Shown one piece after another: positions 29,779 through 38,599 of a DNA stretch of 64,000 nt (position 1 is the first letter of the stretch; every line of letters begins with the position of its first letter). The translations under genes were made by a program, and so were the position numbers. Origin of the DNA: Methanobacteriota archaeon (GTDB taxonomy: Archaea > Thermoplasmatota > Poseidoniia > Poseidoniales > Thalassarchaeaceae); NCBI GenBank assembly GCA_002708695.1, contig PAOZ01000012.1, positions 4,280 to 68,279 of the forward strand, read 5' to 3'. The notes beneath the pieces were generated by a model, which saw only the letters and a program-made list of their open reading frames with translations, did not search any database and was not told the origin of the DNA.

Positions 29779-32604
29779 ATGGGGATTATCGAAAGATTAG
29801 GACGCGTTGCTGACACCTATGTTGGCGAACGTGATCAACTCATTGAGGCAGAGCAACAACGTCGAAGAGTGTTCACAGGTCATGCTTTCTGGCCACAAGA
29901 GGCACTTAGAGACACAATTATTGCAATGTCTATTCTAATGGTTCTAAGTTTCTACGCTTGGCTAATACCTCCACCTCTACACAGTGCAGCAGATCCATTT
30001 GCACAAGCAGGTTTCGTTTTCCCTGATTGGTATGTTCTTTTCTCATATGGATATCTTCGTTTAGGAGAATATTTACCTCAATTCGATATCCCTCTCCCTA
30101 CAGCAATTGGTAATTTTTTCGGAACTCCAATTATTTCCTGGAATGCAGGATGGTGGGGGGCAGCAATTACTGGAATTCCAGTAACTATTCTTGCTCTTCC
30201 TCCTTTCATTGGAGGTAGAGAAAAACGAGGAGTTGAAGATCCATGGTTTGCTACAGCAGGGATGGTTTATCTTGCTCATGTTTGGTTTATCTCAGTATAT
30301 TCAATCAATATCTTCCTAGAATTATATGGGAAAAATAGAACTGATTTTTGTCAGATGAATTCCCATGCTGGTTTATCCTGTGGGACGAGAGAACCATGGA
30401 TTGCTGAAGTGTTCAATAGTATACCTTGGTTGTTAACAGGAGTATTCATTTTCGCAGTTCTTTATTTTGGAATTCGTTGGTTCTTAGTCCAAACACAAGG
30501 TGCTAGAATAACCCCTAATGGCAATAGAAATGTGGCATTCGGATCACTCCTAGTAGCAGTATTACTCTGTTCTGTAACTTGGCCTGTATACGATAACGGA
30601 TTCTGGGACATGAAGGGATTCGGAGCAATGCAGGATATCGAAGAATTAGAAACTCTAAGAAGCCAACCTAGTGACACATTGGTAGCAATAGAAGAAAGTC
30701 ATCATCATGAACATATGATGGGTCTGTGCTTATCCTATAGCGATTCATCAAAATCCCCTGCTTGGAATGATGATCACTTTGATTCGGGGGCATGGGCATA
30801 CGAAGATTACTGTGTTATGCCCGCAGAAAAATTCTCTGAATGGGGGATTTTCCAACCCACGCAGAATTATCTCATCGATTTCAACGGAGCAAACAACCAC
30901 GTAGACTCAAACAATGGAAGAAATGGATTATTCAACGAATCAATACACCCAGGATCAATCGATGGTTCAGCAGTTGAACACTCATTTTCTGGTGTAATGG
31001 AGGTTCCAAATCTGGGAGTAGACACACTATTCGTGGACGTAACGTGTAATGTAAGAACTACAATTAGAGGTGCTGGAAACCATTCTATTTCTCTAGATGT
31101 CAAGGATATTAGTGGAACTACTCTCTTATCCATGGATTCCTGTGCTACTGAATCATTGAAATTGAGTAGCGGAACATCTTATTCCCTTGACTATTCAATT
31201 ATTACAACCGGATTGGATATCTCTGGAGATGTCATCACAGACGTTTCAATTACTGCATTCCAGCCATTAGTTCTAGATTCAAACGGAGTAGCAGTAGACC
31301 TTTCTGATGAAACTGAATTATTCATGTTAACTGGATCAACGATTTACAATGCAGAACTACTGTCTGATTTCACTATTGAAAACCCAACATTTGAGAAGAA
31401 TCCTAAGAGTTTGGATGCAAAATTAACCTATTCTTTGGTCATCCCATGTTTGGGCGTAGGAGCACTTGTTTTCTTCCTAATGCGAAGTATGGCAAGAGGA
31501 TATGAATATGAAATGAACAAATGCTATGGATGTGACCTCTGTGATGATGCTTGTCCTGTTAGACTATTTAATGCAGGAGATAAGCTGAATATCATTTACA
31601 ATACATGGAACAATGAGGACGATGGAGTTCCTCTTTATTCCTGTCTAACTTGCACTGCCTGTACAAACGCATGCCCTCAGTTAGTAGATTACGATTCATA
31701 TATTGACATTAGGCGAAATCTAATTGTTGGGGGCCCACCTGCGGCTGAAATCCCTCATTCAATTCTTCAAGCAGTTCTACGAGCAGAAGCAGATGACGAA
31801 GCGAATGACCAATTTGTTCCGGTTGAAGAATACCCTATTGATTCATCAGTAGGATACTATCCAGGTTGTGTCGATTATATCGATCAAGAAATGATTTTCA
31901 GTCATGTAAATGAAGGTACAATGAATCTGGGGCAAACTACTGATGCAGCATTTACTTTGTTTGAAGATGCAGAAATTAATGTAGCGTATTTAGGAAGAGA
32001 TTTCCTAAAATGTTGTGGCCATGACCAAAAATGGCAAGGAATGACTGAAGTTTTTGAAAAATTAAAAGCATATAATCAAAAGAAATTGGGACATAGTGGC
32101 ATTGAAACATTGGTTACTTCTTGTGCAGAATGCTTCAGAACATTTGCAATGGATTACGAACTAGATGATCTTAAGGTAATGCATACTACTGAGTTTTTGA
32201 TAGAATCAGGATATGACTTCGATGCAGCTGTTCCAAAAGGTACGACAGTAACATACCACGACCCATGTAGATTAGGACGACAAATGAATCTCTTTGAAGA
32301 ACCGCGTGAATTAGTAAAGCGAATAGAAGGAGTGGATCTAGTAGAGATGGAACATCATGGTGAAGATGCATTATGTTGTGGTGTTTCAAGTATGATGTCA
32401 TGTAACGAGAATTCTAGAGCCCTTCGAATTGAACGGTTTGAAGAAGTTCGAGCAACAGGTGCAGAGATTATGCTAACAACTTGTCCAAAATGCGTTTCTC
32501 ACTTCGAATGTTTGAAATTTGAAGGGGATCCAAGACATGACTTTGAAATCTTAGATGTTGTGTCCTTCTTAGCAAGGCAAATAGAAGAAAAGAAACAAAT
32601 TTAA
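29779..32604 (+). CDS. Fusion: cytochrome b C-terminal (subunit IV-like) membrane domain + large outward-facing domain + TM + HdrD/GlpC-like module (2x[4Fe-4S], 2xCCG)
   Basis: 'FVFPDWYVLFSYGYLRL' is the PEWY-type Qo loop. There are 5 predicted TM helices, a non-hydrophobic domain of about 265 aa with 'ESHHHEHMM', then a TM helix (LVIPCLGVGALVFFLM). Next come 'CYGCDLCDDACP' and 'CLTCTACTNACP', then two CCG domains ('PGC...KCCGHD...SCAEC' and 'DPCRLGR...LCCGVSS...CPKC'). Confidence 0.8.
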   Translation: MGIIERLGRVADTYVGERDQLIEAEQQRRRVFTGHAFWPQEALRDTIIAMSILMVLSFYAWLIPPPLHSAADPFAQAGFVFPDWYVLFSYGYLRLGEYLPQFDIPLPTAIGNFFGTPIISWNAGWWGAAITGIPVTILALPPFIGGREKRGVEDPWFATAGMVYLAHVWFISVYSINIFLELYGKNRTDFCQMNSHAGLSCGTREPWIAEVFNSIPWLLTGVFIFAVLYFGIRWFLVQTQGARITPNGNRNVAFGSLLVAVLLCSVTWPVYDNGFWDMKGFGAMQDIEELETLRSQPSDTLVAIEESHHHEHMMGLCLSYSDSSKSPAWNDDHFDSGAWAYEDYCVMPAEKFSEWGIFQPTQNYLIDFNGANNHVDSNNGRNGLFNESIHPGSIDGSAVEHSFSGVMEVPNLGVDTLFVDVTCNVRTTIRGAGNHSISLDVKDISGTTLLSMDSCATESLKLSSGTSYSLDYSIITTGLDISGDVITDVSITAFQPLVLDSNGVAVDLSDETELFMLTGSTIYNAELLSDFTIENPTFEKNPKSLDAKLTYSLVIPCLGVGALVFFLMRSMARGYEYEMNKCYGCDLCDDACPVRLFNAGDKLNIIYNTWNNEDDGVPLYSCLTCTACTNACPQLVDYDSYIDIRRNLIVGGPPAAEIPHSILQAVLRAEADDEANDQFVPVEEYPIDSSVGYYPGCVDYIDQEMIFSHVNEGTMNLGQTTDAAFTLFEDAEINVAYLGRDFLKCCGHDQKWQGMTEVFEKLKAYNQKKLGHSGIETLVTSCAECFRTFAMDYELDDLKVMHTTEFLIESGYDFDAAVPKGTTVTYHDPCRLGRQMNLFEEPRELVKRIEGVDLVEMEHHGEDALCCGVSSMMSCNENSRALRIERFEEVRATGAEIMLTTCPKCVSHFECLKFEGDPRHDFEILDVVSFLARQIEEKKQI

Positions 32605-32654
32605 TTTGATTAAAAAGCCCAAGATTTGACAACAAAAGGAGAACACTGAAACAC

Positions 32655-32987
32655 ATGTCGACTCGAGAGGAGGTTGCTTATCGTCGTGATGACATGCAAA
32701 AAAGAATCAGAATGGCTCTCAATGCTGCTAAAGCCGAAGAAAGATCGAATATCAAAGGTGGAGAAACAACTGTAGCATTTGTTAACGAGGGGCAGTGTAT
32801 TGGTTGTGATCAATGCACCATTGTATGTGACGATGATGCAATCGAACTATACGATAAAGCAATGGCTAGCCCATTAATACAAGTCGATATAAATCGAAAA
32901 GCGAAGGTGCTTCGTGATCCATGCACAGGGTGTAGATTATGCGTTTTAGCTTGCCCAACTGATGCAATAATAATGATTGACAGATAA
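32655..32987 (+). CDS. 2x[4Fe-4S] ferredoxin-domain protein
   Basis: 'CIGCDQCTIVCDDDAI' and 'CTGCRLCVLACPTDAI'. AGGAG lies 12 nt upstream of the ATG. Confidence 0.8.
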   Translation: MSTREEVAYRRDDMQKRIRMALNAAKAEERSNIKGGETTVAFVNEGQCIGCDQCTIVCDDDAIELYDKAMASPLIQVDINRKAKVLRDPCTGCRLCVLACPTDAIIMIDR

Positions 32988-32990
32988 TCA

Positions 32991-34211
32991 TCATACTATT
33001 CTCGAATATATCTCGGAAAAACGAGATGCATTGCCCTCATATGTATATTTCTCCAATACCCTATTTCGTCCCAAGGACCCCTTCGTTCGTAGACCTTCTT
33101 CATCGTGTATTTCTTCAAGTATCGCTGAAGACATTGATTCATAATCCCCCATTGTAAATAATCTTCCAACAGTTTGATCAACCATCTCAGGTAATGGCCC
33201 ATGATTTACTGTAACTACTGGAGTTCCAGAAGCCATAGCCTCTAGCGGGATTAACCCTTGGCCTTCATAATATGAGGGATAAACAACTAAATCTGACACA
33301 CGAAATAAGAATGCTAATTCTTCAAATGACATCCCTGATTCAATAATGACATATTCTCCGATTCCTAATTTTTTAGCTAATTTTTCTAGACGTTTCTTCA
33401 AATGTCCTCTGCCAACAATTACTAATCTAACTTCTTTGGAATTTTCAATCACTTTAGCGAATGAACGTAATAACGAAGAATACCCTTTTCTAGCTGCTAA
33501 TCGTCCAACTGCAAGCAATAATTTTCCATCTTTAGGGACGCTGTACCTTTCACGAATTAATTCAATTTCATGATTATTCTCATCAAGAGGTTTGAACATG
33601 GTAGTATCTACTCCCCAGTGAATTACTTCGCAATCCCAATCAATGGGAGGGGAATATCGGTCAATGAAATCTTGCTTTGTAGCTCTTGAATTAGCCACGC
33701 AAACAGTAGAACCAGACAATGCTGCATTTTCAAATCCTGAATAATATCCACCAGTTAGTAAAATTGCTAAATCATTGGGATTAGCCCAAACTGCGGCTTC
33801 TTTCATTTTTGACGCAATCCTAAGACCGTCTCTTTCCCCTAACCAAGAACCATGTAATGAAGATACAATAGGGGCAATTTCGTTTTTACAAATGTTGAAC
33901 TGTTTCTTTGTCCAAGAAATCATTGGACAATGGAGATGAACAACATCAACTGGGTCATCTGAATGGAGTAGACGTAATTCCTTCAATGCATACTTCCCAT
34001 AAGATGTTGTAAAGGCCATAGGAATTCTTGCCCAACGGACCATTCGAACTGTTACTCCTTCAAGGGGAGGAGGAGAGGATCCTCCTCCATTACGTGTGAT
34101 GATTGTAATCCTATGACCTAGAGAAACTAATGCTGAAGAAAGATGGAAAACTGTAGACCCCATTCCACCCCATCTTGGAGGATATTCTGCACTAAGCATA
34201 GCAATATGCAT
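32991..34211 (-). CDS. Glycosyltransferase family 4 (GT-B, retaining type)
   Basis: 'MHIAMLSAEYPPRWGGMGSTV' is a typical GT4 N-terminus, and 'PSYYEGQGLIPLEAMASGTPVV' is the EX7E motif. The track start at 34310 would lie 3 nt from a divergent ATG, so the internal ATG is preferred. Confidence 0.8.
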   Translation of the reverse strand: MHIAMLSAEYPPRWGGMGSTVFHLSSALVSLGHRITIITRNGGGSSPPPLEGVTVRMVRWARIPMAFTTSYGKYALKELRLLHSDDPVDVVHLHCPMISWTKKQFNICKNEIAPIVSSLHGSWLGERDGLRIASKMKEAAVWANPNDLAILLTGGYYSGFENAALSGSTVCVANSRATKQDFIDRYSPPIDWDCEVIHWGVDTTMFKPLDENNHEIELIRERYSVPKDGKLLLAVGRLAARKGYSSLLRSFAKVIENSKEVRLVIVGRGHLKKRLEKLAKKLGIGEYVIIESGMSFEELAFLFRVSDLVVYPSYYEGQGLIPLEAMASGTPVVTVNHGPLPEMVDQTVGRLFTMGDYESMSSAILEEIHDEEGLRTKGSLGRNRVLEKYTYEGNASRFSEIYSRIV

Positions 34212-34313
34212 GGTTCTCCCTGAACCATTGTCGTAGTATATCTGGCTTGAATCAATCGATGAGAGGTCAAATAGATACATAGTCTTCAAGTCATTGTTTC
34301 GTCTCGACATATT

Positions 34314-34598
34314 ATGGACGAAGACGAAGCCGATCCAGTTAGGTTCGGAGCAGAATTTGGCCCATATAGATCTAGTAGAACAAGTGGTGTTTCACTTTCG
34401 ACATTCAAAACACTAGTCTGGACTTCAAACATTGGAGGATTAATATTGATGGTAATTGGACTAGAATTGATGATTGTCCAACATGCATATTCTTGGGCAT
34501 TGTTATGCTTTGTTTTTGGAGTAGGAATTGCATTATTCCCCTCAAACTATGAAATAGTTGGCATGGAAGAAAATCAATCTTCTAATGATGATACATAA
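34314..34598 (+). CDS. Small two-TM hypothetical protein
   Basis: ORF with two hydrophobic helices. Its 3' end overlaps the convergent ligase gene by 25 nt. Confidence 0.3.
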   Translation: MDEDEADPVRFGAEFGPYRSSRTSGVSLSTFKTLVWTSNIGGLILMVIGLELMIVQHAYSWALLCFVFGVGIALFPSNYEIVGMEENQSSNDDT

Positions 34599-35788
34599 TC
34601 AAGATTTTCCATCCCCATCGCAATCATTGAGATATTCGCAACTAAAGTATGCAACCATCTTCTATTTATTACTTGTAGAGATGCTTCTTTGGATAAATCA
34701 TGGTCAAGAATGAATTTGGTTGAAGGCGTGTTAAGATTATCTAAAATCCCATGCTTTTCATTAGATCGGAAAAACCATGATACTACTTCACCATTCACTC
34801 CATATCCTACTGGTTCAATAACCGACTGATTAGATGTTAAAAAAGTAGGAACCGCTTCCTGAAGTAAAAAATCTTCAGCATCCTTTCCTCCTTTAGCATA
34901 GGTCAACCTGTTCATCTTTCGTTTTGATAGGTTTAGAATTTCTTCAGGGTCTTCAACACGAATAATTCCTAATCCATATGTTCCTCGATCATTCTTAATG
35001 AATAAAGAGGGTTTGGAATCAATGTTATATTGCTTATATTTTCCAGAAATAAATTCTAAACCCTCATGAATATCTCCTGCGAGTCTTTCCCTACAGAATT
35101 TATCTTCTAAACATCTACCTCGACTAATGAAACCCCAAGGGCCGATAAGCCAAGGATCAATTCCAACTAAATCTCCCAATTCATGAACTAAATCTGAAAC
35201 ATGTTCAAAATGGCGACATTTACTCCTTGAATGCCACCCCATATGACTAGGAGGAAATACATTAACACCAGAGATATTGAGGGGGCCATCACTCAAATCT
35301 GAATTAAGAAAAATAGTGTCAATATTTTCTCCATCGGCGTTCACAAAATCATCTTCGACATTTACATCAACAAAAGATAAATCACCAAATGATGTTGAAA
35401 CCGTTTGAGAATTCAATAAATCTGTACCAACCAATATCTCAATTCCAATTCCTTCAATTAAGGATTTAATGACATGAATATTATCTAGATAGCCAGAATT
35501 ACGAGTATGAGCTTCTGGCCAAAGCAGTAAACATTCAGGTTTATGTTCTAGATTTTCAAACCATCTTTTCAAACCCATAGATAATTTCTCAAGATCATTT
35601 GGATTTAGATTATTAAATCCAGCAGGAAATGCATTGGCATCGACAACAACTGTCTTCCATCCAGCATCTCGAATATCAAATGAACCATATATTGGAAGAG
35701 GGATGTTTTTTCTTTTTTGTTCCAACCATTCAAGGATTATATTTTTCTTATCAAATAATGATGCAAAAGAAGATTGAAACACGTCCAT
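34574..35788 (-). CDS. Carboxylate-amine ligase resembling the rare 'T. ferrooxidans-type' glutamate--cysteine ligase (GshA, PF08886-like)
   Basis: 404 aa. 'IYGSFDIRDAGWKTVVVDANAFPAGFNNL' resembles, from memory, the N-terminal signature of that family. The start codon overlaps the asnB-like stop (TAATG). Confidence 0.5.
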   Translation of the reverse strand: MDVFQSSFASLFDKKNIILEWLEQKRKNIPLPIYGSFDIRDAGWKTVVVDANAFPAGFNNLNPNDLEKLSMGLKRWFENLEHKPECLLLWPEAHTRNSGYLDNIHVIKSLIEGIGIEILVGTDLLNSQTVSTSFGDLSFVDVNVEDDFVNADGENIDTIFLNSDLSDGPLNISGVNVFPPSHMGWHSRSKCRHFEHVSDLVHELGDLVGIDPWLIGPWGFISRGRCLEDKFCRERLAGDIHEGLEFISGKYKQYNIDSKPSLFIKNDRGTYGLGIIRVEDPEEILNLSKRKMNRLTYAKGGKDAEDFLLQEAVPTFLTSNQSVIEPVGYGVNGEVVSWFFRSNEKHGILDNLNTPSTKFILDHDLSKEASLQVINRRWLHTLVANISMIAMGMENLDYVSSLED

Positions 35789-37674
35789 TAAAACAACTCC
35801 ATCGGCTCAACATCATCCAATAAATCCATTAGTTCGGAATTACTATTCAATGATTTAGGCTCAATTCCAAGGTGTAAGGAACGAAATAATCTGAAACCTA
35901 TTGCAATATCTGGCATGGTATTCAACAACTTAGTTAGTGAAGGGATTTCTGAATTCCATTCAATAATTTGGGGTTTCAATTCATCAATAATTGAATTTAT
36001 CAAACTAGGGGAAGTTGCAGTACCAGCAGGGAGTTTAGGGCGTGAAACAATATTTCTAGGAAGATTAGTAAGAGCGGCTGCAGAACGAAGGGCTCTTTTC
36101 TCTAAATGTCCTTTTTTATATCTCCAATCTATTGGCAATCGACTTGACAATTGAAGGTGTTGCTGAGATAAGAATGGGACTCGGACCTCTAGTCCATTGG
36201 ACATGCTATGTCTATCAACAAGCCTCAGTTGAAAGTTGGTCAATTGACCTCTTGTCATTTCAAAATCCAAAGTAGAATTCAAATCTGAATAAATCTCAGA
36301 TGTCTTGGGAGGATTATCTTTCCATGGTTGTCCAGGTCCAATAATCTCTTGATTATCAAGTAAACCAGAAGAAAGCCCACGTGCTAAAGAATGATCAATT
36401 AAATTAAATCTATCAGAAACCAATCTAGAATGAATAGATAAATTCGCATGACGCGGATATCCGGCATGAATCTCATCTGCTCCTTGACCACAAATCCCTA
36501 CCTTAACTTCCTTAGACATCTCTTCAAACAAAGGTTGGAAAAATAGAACCGTGAGGTCCAGATCTTCTCCACTCCAAGATAAATTTGGGAGTTTTTTCCA
36601 AAACACGTCTTCATCTAAAGTCCAGCAATGATGTTCTAAATCAAGTGATTTCGAAACTTCAATTGCTGCCATGAAATCGGGGTTTTCTTCATTTTCAGAA
36701 ACAGTCCAACATTTGGGAACGGGTTTTTCAGCTATTTCTGAAGCATCCTTTGCCAATGCTGCTACCATGCTAGAATCAAGACCACCAGATAATACTACAC
36801 CTACCGGAACATCTGAGTTTAATCGTTCAGCTAATCCCATTCGAAGACTATCCAATAATTCCTTAGAGGAGACACTTGGGTCCCAATGATTTTGAGGATT
36901 ATTTCTATAATCTGAAAAACTAGCAACGCCAGTTAATACCGCTCTACCTAAATTATCCAAAGACCATGTTTCAACAGTACCTGGGCGAACTTGAGAAACC
37001 CCTGAAAATAATGTAGTATCATCAATTGAATATTCAAATGCTAATCTAGCAAAAAATGCTTGAGTATCTAGTTTAGGAACATATTCAGGGTGGGCTCGGA
37101 AAGCTTTAGCCTCTGAAGCAAACAATAGAGAACCATCTTTGGATTGCCACTTCATCAATGGTTTAATTCCCAACGTATCTCTACAAAGAATCAATTCCCT
37201 ATATCTTGGATCCCATAATGCAAAACCCCACATTCCATTGAGAGTTTTTATCCAATCAATATGACGGAGTGCTTGGTTTTTCTCTGATGAAAATCTAAAC
37301 CACCCCCTCTTCTTCCCAGATGCAGGTTCAGGGACAACTGAAGGAGGGGGTATAGCATTAAAATGGGCAGCTAAAATAGCCTCTCCATCCCCATTTGTTC
37401 TCCAAGGATAAGAGATATTTTCTCTAATTAATCGTTGATTGTATATTTCGCCATTTTGTACAAGAATACATCCATGTTCACTATGAATTGGTTGTTTGGA
37501 CCCTGTTACATCTAAAATCGCCAAACGTGAATGACTAAGTGAAATATTGCCAACCTGATTTATGGAATCTGACCAGTGGCCCTTACCATCAGGACCTCGA
37601 TGAGAAAGACAAGAAATCATCGAAGGAGCAATTGAAGGGTCGTCTAACCCGAAGACCCCCGCAATCCCACACAT
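35788..37674 (-). CDS. Asparagine synthase (glutamine-hydrolysing) family amidotransferase
   Basis: Ntn start 'MCGIAGVFG', 'HRGPDG' and PP-loop 'VVLSGGLDSSMVAA'. The start was moved to the Met preceding the catalytic Cys. Confidence 0.85.
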   Translation of the reverse strand: MCGIAGVFGLDDPSIAPSMISCLSHRGPDGKGHWSDSINQVGNISLSHSRLAILDVTGSKQPIHSEHGCILVQNGEIYNQRLIRENISYPWRTNGDGEAILAAHFNAIPPPSVVPEPASGKKRGWFRFSSEKNQALRHIDWIKTLNGMWGFALWDPRYRELILCRDTLGIKPLMKWQSKDGSLLFASEAKAFRAHPEYVPKLDTQAFFARLAFEYSIDDTTLFSGVSQVRPGTVETWSLDNLGRAVLTGVASFSDYRNNPQNHWDPSVSSKELLDSLRMGLAERLNSDVPVGVVLSGGLDSSMVAALAKDASEIAEKPVPKCWTVSENEENPDFMAAIEVSKSLDLEHHCWTLDEDVFWKKLPNLSWSGEDLDLTVLFFQPLFEEMSKEVKVGICGQGADEIHAGYPRHANLSIHSRLVSDRFNLIDHSLARGLSSGLLDNQEIIGPGQPWKDNPPKTSEIYSDLNSTLDFEMTRGQLTNFQLRLVDRHSMSNGLEVRVPFLSQQHLQLSSRLPIDWRYKKGHLEKRALRSAAALTNLPRNIVSRPKLPAGTATSPSLINSIIDELKPQIIEWNSEIPSLTKLLNTMPDIAIGFRLFRSLHLGIEPKSLNSNSELMDLLDDVEPMELF

Positions 37675-37713
37675 AATGTGAAACAAACGGTATTAGATTT
37701 GAAAGTGCGGATA

Positions 37714-37854
37714 TCACCAGTAAGCAACAAATATCCAAGTAGAGACAACCATGGACAAAATGTAAACAAAAACATAAGTCGATTGAGAAATGCCATCTCC
37801 ACTGACTGCAGAGCCTTCTTTATCGGCAGATACCGCCGCGTCTTGAGTTGCCAT
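37714..37854 (-). CDS. Candidate small membrane protein (46 aa), below the ORF-track cutoff
   Basis: The ATG is preceded by GGTGGAG 5 nt upstream. Translation is MATQDAAVSADKEGSAVSGDGISQSTYVFVYILSMVVSTWIFVAYW, with one C-terminal hydrophobic helix. It sits in an otherwise empty 230-bp gap inside a same-strand gene run. Confidence 0.3.
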   Translation of the reverse strand: MATQDAAVSADKEGSAVSGDGISQSTYVFVYILSMVVSTWIFVAYW

Positions 37855-37906
37855 GGTTACTCCACCATAATCTGGATTGTAAATCTAACCCGAAATTCTT
37901 CTAATT

Positions 37907-38569
37907 TTATAGAAATGGTTCCAGCATTAAAATAAATGATAGAGGAATTAACAACATTGTTGCATTATCATCTATCCAAGTTAATCTGGGCCACTCAGAA
38001 GCAACTACCAAGCCTGCAATAAATGGGGCGATAAACAAAGGAGTACCCAAAAAATAGTGACTGAATAACCAAATTGATAACGCTCCAAAATAACCAATCA
38101 AAATCACATTTCTACTCGGAAATCTAGCACGACGTAATTCTCCCATTAATGGGTCAATTAATGTTAAACTAAGAATTAAAGGAAAACCAAAAGCGCTATT
38201 TTGAACCCCATATTCTGGAGAAATAAGTAGAACTAGACAAACTGAAAAACCACCCCAAAAGAACGCTGACACCTGTTTACTCTCATAATCGCGCTGTCCA
38301 AAAACAACAAATCCCATTCTAAGTCGCGCAATTTCAATCAGTAAAAATAGAAAACCAACAATACTGACAAATTGTTTGGGTTCTAAATCAAAAAAGAATT
38401 CGGAAATGTTAGTGCCTTTCCAATAATACAAAAATGGAATAATCATCATTCCAATATGTACAATACGACGGAATAAATGCCCACTTAAACCTCCAACTGA
38501 GGCTGGAACGTGGTCATCAGGATTAGACTCATTTTCTGAAATATCAGATACATCATTTCCTAAGGTCAT
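37907..38569 (-). CDS. Polytopic membrane protein, possibly CTP-dependent polyprenol (dolichol/phytol) kinase family
   Basis: 'FRRIVHIGMM', 'IDPLMGELRRARF' and 'IDDNATMLLIPL' loosely parallel the RKxxH / GDxxAxxxG / DDN blocks of that family. Weak. Confidence 0.35.
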   Translation of the reverse strand: MTLGNDVSDISENESNPDDHVPASVGGLSGHLFRRIVHIGMMIIPFLYYWKGTNISEFFFDLEPKQFVSIVGFLFLLIEIARLRMGFVVFGQRDYESKQVSAFFWGGFSVCLVLLISPEYGVQNSAFGFPLILSLTLIDPLMGELRRARFPSRNVILIGYFGALSIWLFSHYFLGTPLFIAPFIAGLVVASEWPRLTWIDDNATMLLIPLSFILMLEPFL

Positions 38570-38599
38570 GGACGGTTAATTGAGATGATGCTTTTTGAC

